The translations under genes and the position numbers were made by a program. From Oscillospiraceae bacterium (GTDB taxonomy: Bacteria > Bacillota > Clostridia > Oscillospirales > Ruminococcaceae), in assembly GCA_017394565.1 (NCBI GenBank), contig JAFPXW010000425.1, forward strand, positions 1 to 30,347: a stretch of 30,347 nucleotides of DNA, given 5' to 3'. The notes under the pieces are model-generated. The model did not search any database. It worked only from the letters and a program-made list of their open reading frames with translations, and was not told the DNA's origin. Each line of letters begins with the position of its first letter. The first letter of the stretch is position 1. Of the stretch, positions 1-7,826 are shown one piece after another.

Positions 1-387
1 ACCCTGCGCAACTTCATCAACTTCTTCCTCGGCTTCGGATGGGGAGGCATCAGCCTGGCACCCGTTGTCCAGAGCCGCGCCCTGCTGGTGTTCCTGAGCA
101 TCCTCTCCGGTCTGCTTTTCGTGGCTGTCTTCGTGGTGATGTTCCGCCTCATCCTGCGGCTGGAGCGCAATGGCAGCTTCCGCATCCAGGACTGCGTGGG
201 TCAGACGGCCAGCGTCTATCTGCGCATCCCCGCCCACCACGCCGCTGCCGGCAAGGTGCAGGTGAGTGTCAACGGCTCTGTCCACGAGCTCAACGCCTTC
301 ACCGACGGTGACTTCCTGCCCACAGGCTCCCGCGTCCGCATCGTCAGCATCATCGACAGCGGCAGCCTCCTCGTCGAAAAGCTATAG
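1..387 (+). CDS. NfeD-like membrane protein (C-terminal OB-fold), 5'-truncated by the window edge
   Basis: Frame 1 is open from base 1 (TLRNFINFFLGFGWGGISL...), followed by hydrophobic segments and a C-terminal VGQTASVYLRIP...GKVQVSVNG...ELNA...GSRVRIV typical of NfeD-C. It lies directly upstream of a flotillin, the classic NfeD-flotillin pair. Confidence 0.8.
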   Translation, partial: TLRNFINFFLGFGWGGISLAPVVQSRALLVFLSILSGLLFVAVFVVMFRLILRLERNGSFRIQDCVGQTASVYLRIPAHHAAAGKVQVSVNGSVHELNAFTDGDFLPTGSRVRIVSIIDSGSLLVEKL

Positions 388-400
388 ACTCATCATTAGT

Positions 401-542
401 TTTATGAATAACCACAGATTCCCCTGATTATACAGATCCTTTCCAGACTCTCATCCGTGTAATTGATTTCTATATTTCACAGATTTAAGAAGGTTACGGA
501 AGATCAATCCGTGAAATCCGTGTAATCTGTGGTTGTTATAAA
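401..542. repeat. Palindromic intergenic element with 9-nt periodic arms (Bacteroidales-type)
   Basis: AACCACAGATT (410-420) is the exact reverse complement of AATCTGTGGTT (524-534). The right arm is AATCCGTGA-AATCCGTGT-AATCTGTGG (506-532) with degenerate complements on the left arm. TTTAT (401-405) and ATAAA (538-542) form the outer ends. Confidence 0.65.
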
Positions 543-624
543 GAATGGCCCTATAAACTTTGCCGCTCAATTTCATTTAACAACAATCCTCATTAAACTA
601 TAAACCCTAAACTTTCAACTCTCT

Positions 625-2058
625 ATGGAACTCTACTATGTGATCGTCTTGGCCGTCGTGGCCTTCTTCCTCGTGGTGGCGCTGTTCAACCGCTACCGCC
701 GGTGTCCCTCGGACAAAATCCTCGTCATCTATGGCACCAGTGCTGCCAAAGGTTCTGCCAAGTGCGTGCACGGCGGCGGTGCCTTCGTCTGGCCTATCAT
801 TCAGGACTATGCCTACATGTCCCTCACGCCCCTGAGCATCGATGCCAACCTCACCAACGCCCTGTCCCGCCAGAACATCCGCGTGGATGTGCCCTGCCGC
901 TTCACCGTGGGCATCAGCACAGAGCCCGAATACATGAGTGCCGCCGCCGAACGTCTGCTGGGGCAGACCCCGCAGCAGATCCAGGAACTGGCACGTGATA
1001 TCCTCTTCGGTCAGCTGCGTCTGGTCATCGCCACCATGTCCATCGAGGAGCTGAACAGCGACCGCGACAAGTTCCTGGAGGCCATCAGCACCAACGTGGA
1101 AGTGGAGCTGAAGAAGATCGGTCTGCGCCTCATCAACGTCAATGTCACAGATATCACCGATGAGTCCGGCTACCTCAATGCCCTCGGTAAGGAAGCCGCT
1201 GCAAAGGCTGTCAACGACGCAAAGCGCTCTGTTGCTGAGCAGAACCGTGACGGTGAGATCGGTCAGGCAAACGCACAGCAGGAACAGCGTGTACAGGTCG
1301 CTGCTGCGAACGCTGCTGCCATCGAGGGTGAGAACGAATCCCGTGTGGCTGTGGCAGCGTCTGAAGCAAGCCGCCGTGAGCGTGAGGCAGAAGCCCTCCG
1401 CCGTGCGACCGCTGCCGAGGCTGTACAGCAGGCAAAGGCCAAGCAGGAAGCTTACGCGGCTCAGCAGGAAGCTGAAATGCAGCGTGCAAGCCTCGAAAAG
1501 GCAACGCAGAAGGCTGACGTCATCGTCAAGTCCGAGATCGAGAAGGAAAAAGCTGAGATCAGTGCAGAAGCTGAGGCAGAGGTCATCCGCCGCAAGGCAC
1601 GAGGCGAGGCAGACGCGATCTTCGCCCGCATGGAAGCAGAAGCGAAAGGTCAGCAGGAGATCCTCACCCGTCAGGCAGAAGGTATGCGTGCCATCGTGGA
1701 AGCAGCCGGCGGCGATGCGAATGCCGCTGTCAAGCTCCTGATCGCAGAGAAGCTCGAAGATCTGGTGGCAATTCAGGTGGAAGCCATCAAGAACATCAAG
1801 ATCGACAAAGTCACCGTCTGGGACAGTGGTGCCGGTGCCAATGGTCAGACTTCTACCGCAGGTTTTCTGTCGGGCATGATGAAGTCCGTACCTCCGCTGA
1901 ACGAGCTGTTCAAGCAGGCAGGCATGGAACTGCCGGATTTCCTCGGCAAGGAGCTGGAGGAAGCCGCTGCGGAACGTGCTGCGAAGCTTGCGGCTGAGGC
2001 TGCCGGCGAGAACGACGTTCCCCATGTGGAAAGCGAGATCGTTGACGACGCGCAGTAA
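625..2058 (+). CDS. Flotillin / SPFH (band 7) domain protein
   Basis: N-terminal TM helix, RYRRCPSDKILVIYG, SPFH core (LSRQNIRVDVPCRFTVGIS, LRLINVNVTDITD), Ala/Glu-rich coiled coil and IKIDKVTVWD flotillin C-terminal motif. Confidence 0.93.
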   Translation: MELYYVIVLAVVAFFLVVALFNRYRRCPSDKILVIYGTSAAKGSAKCVHGGGAFVWPIIQDYAYMSLTPLSIDANLTNALSRQNIRVDVPCRFTVGISTEPEYMSAAAERLLGQTPQQIQELARDILFGQLRLVIATMSIEELNSDRDKFLEAISTNVEVELKKIGLRLINVNVTDITDESGYLNALGKEAAAKAVNDAKRSVAEQNRDGEIGQANAQQEQRVQVAAANAAAIEGENESRVAVAASEASRREREAEALRRATAAEAVQQAKAKQEAYAAQQEAEMQRASLEKATQKADVIVKSEIEKEKAEISAEAEAEVIRRKARGEADAIFARMEAEAKGQQEILTRQAEGMRAIVEAAGGDANAAVKLLIAEKLEDLVAIQVEAIKNIKIDKVTVWDSGAGANGQTSTAGFLSGMMKSVPPLNELFKQAGMELPDFLGKELEEAAAERAAKLAAEAAGENDVPHVESEIVDDAQ

Positions 2059-2116
2059 ATCATCCCGAATACCACAAGAACCCCTCATGCTAAGACAGAT
2101 ACCTATATAGAAGTTT

Positions 2117-2148
2117 TGCCCCTGAGTGTTACAAAGCACTCAGGGGCA
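2117..2148. terminator. Stem-loop between the convergent flotillin and GNAT genes
   Basis: TGCCCCTGAGTG (2117-2128) and CACTCAGGGGCA (2137-2148) form a perfect 12-bp stem with an 8-nt loop. The U-tail is weak. Confidence 0.55.
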
Positions 2149-2183
2149 TTGTGCATATTTATGTTGCTAAGCTAAATCATAAT

Positions 2184-2651
2184 TTATCTGAATTTTTCCA
2201 AGTGATATAACTGTTCATCATCGACTTCTGTGATTCCATTCTTAAAGTCATATCCCATTTTTCTATAAAAATTCACCGCAGTTTTTGAGGCTGGTATCTC
2301 AATTCTTTTTGCCCTTAAAAAGTATTCGTCTTGCTCCAAAATCTCAAAAATTTTACGACCTATTCCATTGCCTTGATATTCAGGAAGTACAAATACTGTG
2401 AAAACACTGCTTTCATCTTCCTTTCCCCAGTATGGACCGATAGCTCCACAGCCGATGATTTTGTTATCATCACATACAACATAGATATTCATCCATTTTG
2501 AACGTTCAATTAGATTATCTGCCCTTAAAAAGCTAATATCATTTTCAATGTATTCAGGTGAATAGTCTTTGATATTTGTTGTCCTCAAAGTATAAGCTAT
2601 CACGTCTGCAAGCTCATTTGCATCATTATTTTGAAATCTTCTTATATTCAT
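2184..2651 (-). CDS. GNAT family N-acetyltransferase
   Basis: 155 aa with acetyl-CoA motif A (VFVLPEYQGNGIGRKI) and AVNFYRKMGY. AT-rich codon usage differs from neighbouring genes. Confidence 0.92.
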   Translation of the reverse strand: MNIRRFQNNDANELADVIAYTLRTTNIKDYSPEYIENDISFLRADNLIERSKWMNIYVVCDDNKIIGCGAIGPYWGKEDESSVFTVFVLPEYQGNGIGRKIFEILEQDEYFLRAKRIEIPASKTAVNFYRKMGYDFKNGITEVDDEQLYHLEKFR

Positions 2652-2688
2652 TTTCTCATCTCCTAAATTCCGATTTTTGTCAGTAACA

Positions 2689-2717
2689 ATTATAGCACAT
2701 CATCTCTGTACTGTCAA
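2689..2717 (-). promoter_or_regulatory. Consensus sigma-A promoter for the GNAT gene
   Basis: On the minus strand, TTGACA (2717-2712), 17 bp, TATAAT (2694-2689), with an extended -10 TG. An AGGAG SD precedes the ATG. Confidence 0.85.
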
Positions 2718-2821
2718 TAGAAACGCCATAGTACTTCTGACCTTGCATCAGAAATACTATGGCGTAAAACTTCTTTATGCGTACCGTTCTTATGTGCGTG
2801 AGGGGTTCTTTTTGTTTGCGC

Positions 2822-2867
2822 AAAAAAGCAGCGGGGGCAAGAGGTCATCCCCCTTGTCCCCTGCTGC
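2822..2867 (-). terminator. Rho-independent terminator of the AIM24 gene
   Basis: On the minus strand, GCAGCAGGGGACAAGGGG...CCTCTTGCCCCCGCTGC hairpin followed by TTTTTT, immediately after the stop codon. Confidence 0.8.
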
Positions 2868-2870
2868 CGT

Positions 2871-3638
2871 TTATCTTGCGACCGGTGCCATCAGGATCCT
2901 GCCCTGACCGCGGAACACATTCACCAGACCTTCGCCCGATGCCGCCGAACCGATGAGCGTCTTGGTGGTGCGCTCTACGGTGAATTTCAGCGAATTGCTC
3001 CATGCGATCGCCATATTGCCGTCGATCTTGACGACATCATTCGGCTCTGTCAGCTCCATCACGATCAGTTCATCGCGCGGAACAGGGCTTTCGAGAACAG
3101 CGATACCCTGTCCGGACAGGCAGTTATTGAAAAGCCCCTCATTGCCGAGTGCCGCAGAGGAGATCGTGGAGCGTGCGACCACTCTCGTGATGACCGTATC
3201 CTCGCACGCATAGAACAGCGAATCCTCGATCACCATGCCGTCGCCCCATTTGGAAACATCCTCGAACAAAATGTGCTTATAGGTCGGCTCCAGTACGATC
3301 GTACCAACGCCGTGATAGCGCGGTTTGATGGCGCTTTCTCCTGTGACTTTCGAGCCGATGAGCTTCTTGGCGAGGTCGCCGGCGCCCTTGATGTTGGTCG
3401 CGGCATCCACATTGCCTGCGATCCACTGCATCGCGCCTGCCTGCACAACGATGCCGTTGCCGTTCAGATTCGCGATGACCTGACGCTTATGCACGTTCAT
3501 CTGGGAGGCATAGAATTCGTTCATTGCTGTGGTGTGGTTCACGGAAATGTCGCGGTTGTACTCCAGAAGGGAGAAGCAGCCGACCTGCTGGGTAATGCTG
3601 CGGCAGTCTGTCTGCTGCATGATGTTGGTTTTTACCAT
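2871..3638 (-). CDS. AIM24 family protein
   Basis: QAGAMQWIAG, GESAIKPRYHGVGTIVLEP, GNEGLFN, IDGNMAIAWS and SGEGLVNVFRGQGRILMAP match AIM24-family motifs. SD GAAAGGA precedes the ATG. Confidence 0.88.
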   Translation of the reverse strand: MVKTNIMQQTDCRSITQQVGCFSLLEYNRDISVNHTTAMNEFYASQMNVHKRQVIANLNGNGIVVQAGAMQWIAGNVDAATNIKGAGDLAKKLIGSKVTGESAIKPRYHGVGTIVLEPTYKHILFEDVSKWGDGMVIEDSLFYACEDTVITRVVARSTISSAALGNEGLFNNCLSGQGIAVLESPVPRDELIVMELTEPNDVVKIDGNMAIAWSNSLKFTVERTTKTLIGSAASGEGLVNVFRGQGRILMAPVAR

Positions 3639-3701
3639 GAGGATCAGTCCTTTCGTTACGCCGGAATATGGCGGTTTTTTTATGTAATCTGTTGACCAGA
3701 A

Positions 3702-4730
3702 TTACTGATGTGCTGCCTGAAGCTTCTGCTGCACCTCGGCGAGTGCTTTCTTGGCTTCTTCGTCGCGGATCAGACCGTTCACGATGGAGAGGTAGTAGAA
3801 CGCTTCCTCCCAGCGCTCGCCAGCCTGTGCCTGCTTTGCGAGTTCACGCGCGGTGTGAAGCACCTCACGGCCCGGCCCGTGATAGATCTCGTACTTTGCG
3901 AATGCGGCATTGATCATGTCGCGGTTCGGCGGCACGATGGGCCTGCCGGAAACGTGGGCAATGTGCTGGAGTTCGCCTGCGATCTGCGGCGTATCTGCGA
4001 AATACAGGCTCTCATAATAAAATGCGACTGCGCTGGTGTAGTCCTTCCTGTTGACGCACCAGTAGCCGAGATTCTCATAGCAGCGGGCGATGGCGTAGGG
4101 CGTGGTGCAGATGGGGAGGGTGTCGCAGATGGTTTCGAGGAGCTTGTCGTCATCGCCCATGAGCTTGTAGACCTCCGCCAGCTCAAAGCGGACATCGGGG
4201 TTCACAGGATTGTAGCGGATGGCTTCCTGCAACACGGGGAGTGCCTCATCCAGACGGCGCACATCGACCAGTCCGAATGCATACGCGCCGATAAACAGCG
4301 CAAAGTCAAACGGCGCCTTCATCAAGGTCTTGGTCGGGTGGTAGAGGATGTGGTAGAGATTGCTCTCCAGGAGATTGCGGAAGCTGAAGAACCGGCGTTC
4401 CGGCGTTTCTGCGAAGTTCGCCAGGATGTGGTCATAGAGCTGCTTTGCGAGTGTGATCGCCTTGGCTGTCTGGCCGCTGTGCAGAAGGGTGGCTGTCTCC
4501 TCGTACACCTGATCGAGACGGCGCTCGCCGATGTAGAGCATCTTTCGCATATAGGCATCCTGCTCCGGAGAAAGCTGCTCATACGCGATATCGAGGATCT
4601 GGCGCGTGAACGCCTCATCCTCCTTGTATTTCTCCGCCTGCTCCTGCAAATACACCAGATTCTCCGCGGTATCGCCGGTGAGGTGTGCGCGGATCCCGGC
4701 GAGGATCTCGTTCTTTTCAGTTTCGGTCAT
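3702..4730 (-). CDS. Tetratricopeptide repeat (TPR) protein
   Basis: 342 aa, all-helical, with TPR-like repeats (EALPVLQEAIRYNPVNPDVRFELAEVY; CYENLGYWCVNRKDYTSAVAFYYESLYF). SD GAAAGGA. Confidence 0.8.
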   Translation of the reverse strand: MTETEKNEILAGIRAHLTGDTAENLVYLQEQAEKYKEDEAFTRQILDIAYEQLSPEQDAYMRKMLYIGERRLDQVYEETATLLHSGQTAKAITLAKQLYDHILANFAETPERRFFSFRNLLESNLYHILYHPTKTLMKAPFDFALFIGAYAFGLVDVRRLDEALPVLQEAIRYNPVNPDVRFELAEVYKLMGDDDKLLETICDTLPICTTPYAIARCYENLGYWCVNRKDYTSAVAFYYESLYFADTPQIAGELQHIAHVSGRPIVPPNRDMINAAFAKYEIYHGPGREVLHTARELAKQAQAGERWEEAFYYLSIVNGLIRDEEAKKALAEVQQKLQAAHQ

Positions 4731-4760
4731 GTGAATGTTCCTTTCGGTTAAAATATAAGC

Positions 4761-4796
4761 AAAGGGACACCGCCTGAATGCGGCGGCATCCCTTTT
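4761..4796 (-). terminator. Stem-loop after the Pro/Ala-rich gene
   Basis: On the minus strand, AAAGGGATGCCGCC-GCATTCA-GGCGGTGTCCCTTT: a 14-bp stem with two G-U pairs. Confidence 0.65.
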
Positions 4797-4832
4797 CGAT
4801 TGTTCAAGTCATACCGTTCAAGGGCGTTCCCT

Positions 4833-7721
4833 TCAGAATCCGCGCTTTGCCAGATCCTTCTTGAACTGTGCGTCGATCTTCTCGCGGCGCTTCTGATCGC
4901 GGATCTCCTCCTTGGTCATCGGTCGCGTCGGCATCGAAGCCGAACGGGTTTCACCGCGCTTTTTGGAAGACTTCTTGTTCTTCGGCTTGTACTCCTCGTA
5001 CTGGATATTCGCGGCAACCGCCTGCTCCTTCTTCTTCTTCGGAGAAACTGCCTGGCCCATGGAGGACAGGACATCCTCGACAGTATCCATGACAGGCTCA
5101 GCGACCGGGCGCTCCTGCTGATCGAAGATATTCTCCTTCGGCAGTGCAGCGGACTTCGCCATGGCGTTACGGATGAGGTCGGGCATTTCGTTGGCGTCGT
5201 GAACGATCTTGGAAACGTTGACATCAGGCTCGCGTGCGGCACGCTCGGCAGCCTCCTGCTGCTCCTGCTGCTCCATCGCAGCGCGCTTGAGTGCGGAGGT
5301 CGAGATCGCCTTGCGCACCATCGGCGGCATATCCTCTGCCTCGTGGCGGCTGCTGATCTTGGAAACATGAACGCCCTGCTGGAGGTTCATGTTTGCGGCA
5401 GCGGCAGCAAGGTCGAGAACCGGCTGCTGCGGAACAGGTGCCGGTGCCGGCTGTGTCGGCGGCGTGATGGACTGTACGGTCGGAACGGGCTGAACCGGTG
5501 CGGCCGGCTTCGGCTGCTGCGGTGCGGCGTTCTGGATCTGCGGTGCTGCCGGTGTCGGCTGTACCGGTGCCGGCGCAGGCTGAGCCATCATCTGCGGATA
5601 GCCCTGCGGCATGGCAGGCTGTGCATAAACGGGCTTGCCGTTCTGGTCGTAGCCCATGAACTGCGGCATCACCATGCCAGCCACCGGCGGCTGTGCATAG
5701 CCATAAACCGGCTGACCGTTCTGGTCATAGCCCATAAACTGCGGCTGTGCGAACGGCTGCTGCGGCATACCGGTTGCCGGTGTATGTGCCGCCATCGACG
5801 CTGCGGCTGCCGGCGCAGGAGTGGGAGCCGGTGCAGGTGTCGGAACCGGTTCGATCGCCGGTGCCTTCCTGTCAAGTGCATCGCCCGGCTGAATGTACGG
5901 TGCAGCCTCTACCTCCGGGATCGGGGACGGATCCGCCATGCCTGCAACGGATGCAAGCAGTGCTTCCACATCGTCCATGACCGGCTCGGAAGGCAGTGCT
6001 TCCATCGTGGGTTCTTCCGGAAGTCCCTGCATCTCAGGAACCGCCGGTACCTCAGGCGCAGGCAGCGTTTCTGCTGCTTCTGCGAGTGTTTCTGCAAATG
6101 TATCTGCGGCTTCGATCACCGGTGCCTGTGTAGCTTCCGGCTCTGCGGCAATCGCCTCGACTGCCGGTACCTCCACGACCTCAGGCTCCTTCTCGAACGG
6201 CGCATTGCCGAACATGGAATCTGCGATCGCATCGAAGCCATCGGTCTCCTCTGCGACATTGAATTCGTCCGGAGAGAATTCCGGTGCCGGAGAAACTTCT
6301 GCGGCAAGCGCCTCGATCACCGGTGCCTCGACTGCCGGGACCTCCGGGATCACTGCCTCGGCTGCCGGAGCCTTCGGGAGTGCAAACTGCTGCATCACCG
6401 GATCGGAGAGATCCTCCAGAACAGAATCCGGTGTCACACCGCCAAACGGCGGCGCAGCCTGTTCTGCCGGTGCCTTCGGAGCCAGTGCATTGAACTGCGA
6501 CATCATATTGTCGAGCGCGGCCTCTGCGGACTCTGCTGGAGTTTCGGACGGCGTGCCGAGCAGCTCCGCCGCCAGTGCTGCGGTATCTGCTGCCGGAGCC
6601 GGTGCAGGCTTCGGTGCTTCCGGCTTGAGCGAGAACTGTGCGAGCAGTTCGTCCACACTCTCCGTCGGCGCAGGCACAGGAGCCGGTGCAGGTGCCGGAT
6701 TCAGGGACGGTGCCTGATTCAGCGAACGTACCTCCGGAATGAATGCATTCTCATCCGGTTCAAAATCAGAGGGCTTCGGTGCCTTGATCTTCTGGATCGG
6801 TGCGGACGGCGCCTTCAGCGTCGGCACACTGAAGCCACCGGACAGATCGTTGAGGACCTCCGGCTGCTTCTTGGGCGGCTCGGGCTCTGCTGCCGGTACA
6901 TTGACCGCGAACTGTGCCATGATGTCATCCATCCCCGGAATGACAGACTGCGGCGCAGCAGGCTTCGGTGCAGGTGCCGGCTTCGGGGCCGGTGCAGGCT
7001 TGGATGCGACCTGATTCGAGATATTGAACTGTGCGATGATGTCATCGACCGTTTCGGACTTCTTGGTCGGCGCCTGTCCGAATTCCGCCATGATGGCATC
7101 CACGGAAACAGGCTTGCCGGAGGTCATGCCGGGAGCCGGTGCGACCGGGATCGGCGGCGGTGTGGCGGGACCTGCGGGCTTCTGTGCTGGAACCGCAAAC
7201 TGCGCCAGAATATCGCTGGCATCGTTCAGCACCGGTGCAGACGGCGCTGTGGGAACGGTCGGCTGCGGAGCCTTCTTCTCCGGAGCCTTATATTCCTGAT
7301 ACTGCGGTGCAGCCGCAGCAGGGGCCGGGGCGGAAGGCTGTGCGGCAGCAGCACTCTGTGCAGCGGCTGCTTCCTGTGCCTTTGCCTTCTCCTTCTTGCG
7401 CTTGGCATCCTTGCGCTTCTGTTCCTGAACTTCTGCGAGGGAAACCATATTGGAATCGTCATGATGTGCCTTCTGGTCTTCCTTCGCCATCTGCTTCATC
7501 TGCTTGCTTTCAAGCTTCATGAGCTTCTTGACGAACACGTCGTTGCATTTTCTGCAGGTGACCTGGTCTACAACAGCCATCAGGTCATCGACCGTGCCGG
7601 CTGTGCTGAGTCTCGAAACGACATCCGCCTTCGTCAGATTCAACCGGCAGCCGGTCATCTTCTTGTTCTCTGACGCATGGACTACATTGTCCTTCGAGTC
7701 CTTATAAAGGTAAAGTAGCAT
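4833..7721 (-). CDS. Large Pro/Ala-rich, largely disordered protein (962 aa) with a putative N-terminal His/Cys Zn-binding domain; function unknown
   Basis: GGAGG SD is 6 nt before the ATG at 7721 (the ORF-track start at 7760 is probably too long). Codon usage matches the genome. Features: H15, C25, C56-x2-C59; repeated D-x-[ILM]-[ILM]-x-[QE]-F motifs; a duplicated PQFMGYDQNG segment; a basic C-terminus. No signal peptide or TM segment. Confidence 0.8.
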   Translation of the reverse strand: MLLYLYKDSKDNVVHASENKKMTGCRLNLTKADVVSRLSTAGTVDDLMAVVDQVTCRKCNDVFVKKLMKLESKQMKQMAKEDQKAHHDDSNMVSLAEVQEQKRKDAKRKKEKAKAQEAAAAQSAAAAQPSAPAPAAAAPQYQEYKAPEKKAPQPTVPTAPSAPVLNDASDILAQFAVPAQKPAGPATPPPIPVAPAPGMTSGKPVSVDAIMAEFGQAPTKKSETVDDIIAQFNISNQVASKPAPAPKPAPAPKPAAPQSVIPGMDDIMAQFAVNVPAAEPEPPKKQPEVLNDLSGGFSVPTLKAPSAPIQKIKAPKPSDFEPDENAFIPEVRSLNQAPSLNPAPAPAPVPAPTESVDELLAQFSLKPEAPKPAPAPAADTAALAAELLGTPSETPAESAEAALDNMMSQFNALAPKAPAEQAAPPFGGVTPDSVLEDLSDPVMQQFALPKAPAAEAVIPEVPAVEAPVIEALAAEVSPAPEFSPDEFNVAEETDGFDAIADSMFGNAPFEKEPEVVEVPAVEAIAAEPEATQAPVIEAADTFAETLAEAAETLPAPEVPAVPEMQGLPEEPTMEALPSEPVMDDVEALLASVAGMADPSPIPEVEAAPYIQPGDALDRKAPAIEPVPTPAPAPTPAPAAAASMAAHTPATGMPQQPFAQPQFMGYDQNGQPVYGYAQPPVAGMVMPQFMGYDQNGKPVYAQPAMPQGYPQMMAQPAPAPVQPTPAAPQIQNAAPQQPKPAAPVQPVPTVQSITPPTQPAPAPVPQQPVLDLAAAAANMNLQQGVHVSKISSRHEAEDMPPMVRKAISTSALKRAAMEQQEQQEAAERAAREPDVNVSKIVHDANEMPDLIRNAMAKSAALPKENIFDQQERPVAEPVMDTVEDVLSSMGQAVSPKKKKEQAVAANIQYEEYKPKNKKSSKKRGETRSASMPTRPMTKEEIRDQKRREKIDAQFKKDLAKRGF
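5625..5745. repeat. Intragenic 43-bp direct repeat encoding PQFMGYDQNG(Q/K)PVY
   Basis: 5625-5667 versus 5703-5745: 38/43 identical by hand alignment. Confidence 0.85.
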
Positions 7722-7797
7722 AGCAATCCTCCATTTCCATCTGATATCACAGTATATCAAGGCAGAGAATCCCCCTCTTGATTCTCCTATCTATTAT

Positions 7798-7826
7798 ATC
7801 ATATCACATTTTCACAATAAAATCAA
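7798..7826 (-). promoter_or_regulatory. Putative sigma-A promoter for the Pro/Ala-rich gene
   Basis: On the minus strand, TTGATT (7826-7821), 17 bp, TATGAT (7803-7798), with TG upstream of the -10. A second TATAAT lies just downstream. Confidence 0.6.

Larger units (their letters stand above)
2076..2810. mobile_element. AT-rich cassette (promoter plus GNAT gene) flanked by the separated arms of a terminator-like inverted repeat
   Basis: AAGAACCCCTCATGC (2076-2090) versus GCGTGAGGGGTTCTT (2796-2810): 14/15 complementary, with a T-tract following the right arm. The 705 bp between them is visibly much more AT-rich than the flanks. No recombinase or transposase is present. Confidence 0.55.

Noticed and set aside
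607-2139. 510-aa minus-strand ORF and the other long antisense ORFs (3708-4751, 11663-13228, 14279-16483, 18133-20232, 22381-23487, 23385-24440, 26368-28011)
   Set aside because: Each mirrors a well-supported gene on the opposite strand and lacks an SD or recognisable motifs.
3650-3682. Sigma-I-like promoter (A-tract, 14 nt, CGTA on the minus strand) before AIM24
   Set aside because: The -10-like CGTA is only a few nt from the SD, so the TSS would fall in the ribosome-binding site. A similar AAAAA-16-CGAA upstream of GH9 (7945-7969) has non-canonical spacing.
6961-7003. Short tandem DNA repeats in PAPAPK, TTT and GGNS coding regions (also 15340-15540 and 28560-28820)
   Set aside because: Explained by low-complexity protein linkers with synonymous variation; not phase-variation tracts or mobile repeats.
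4800-7673. 957-aa plus-strand ORF
   Set aside because: Antisense shadow of the Pro/Ala-rich gene. Arg/Cys/Leu-rich composition, no SD and no domain; long open antisense frames are expected with this GC-rich codon bias.
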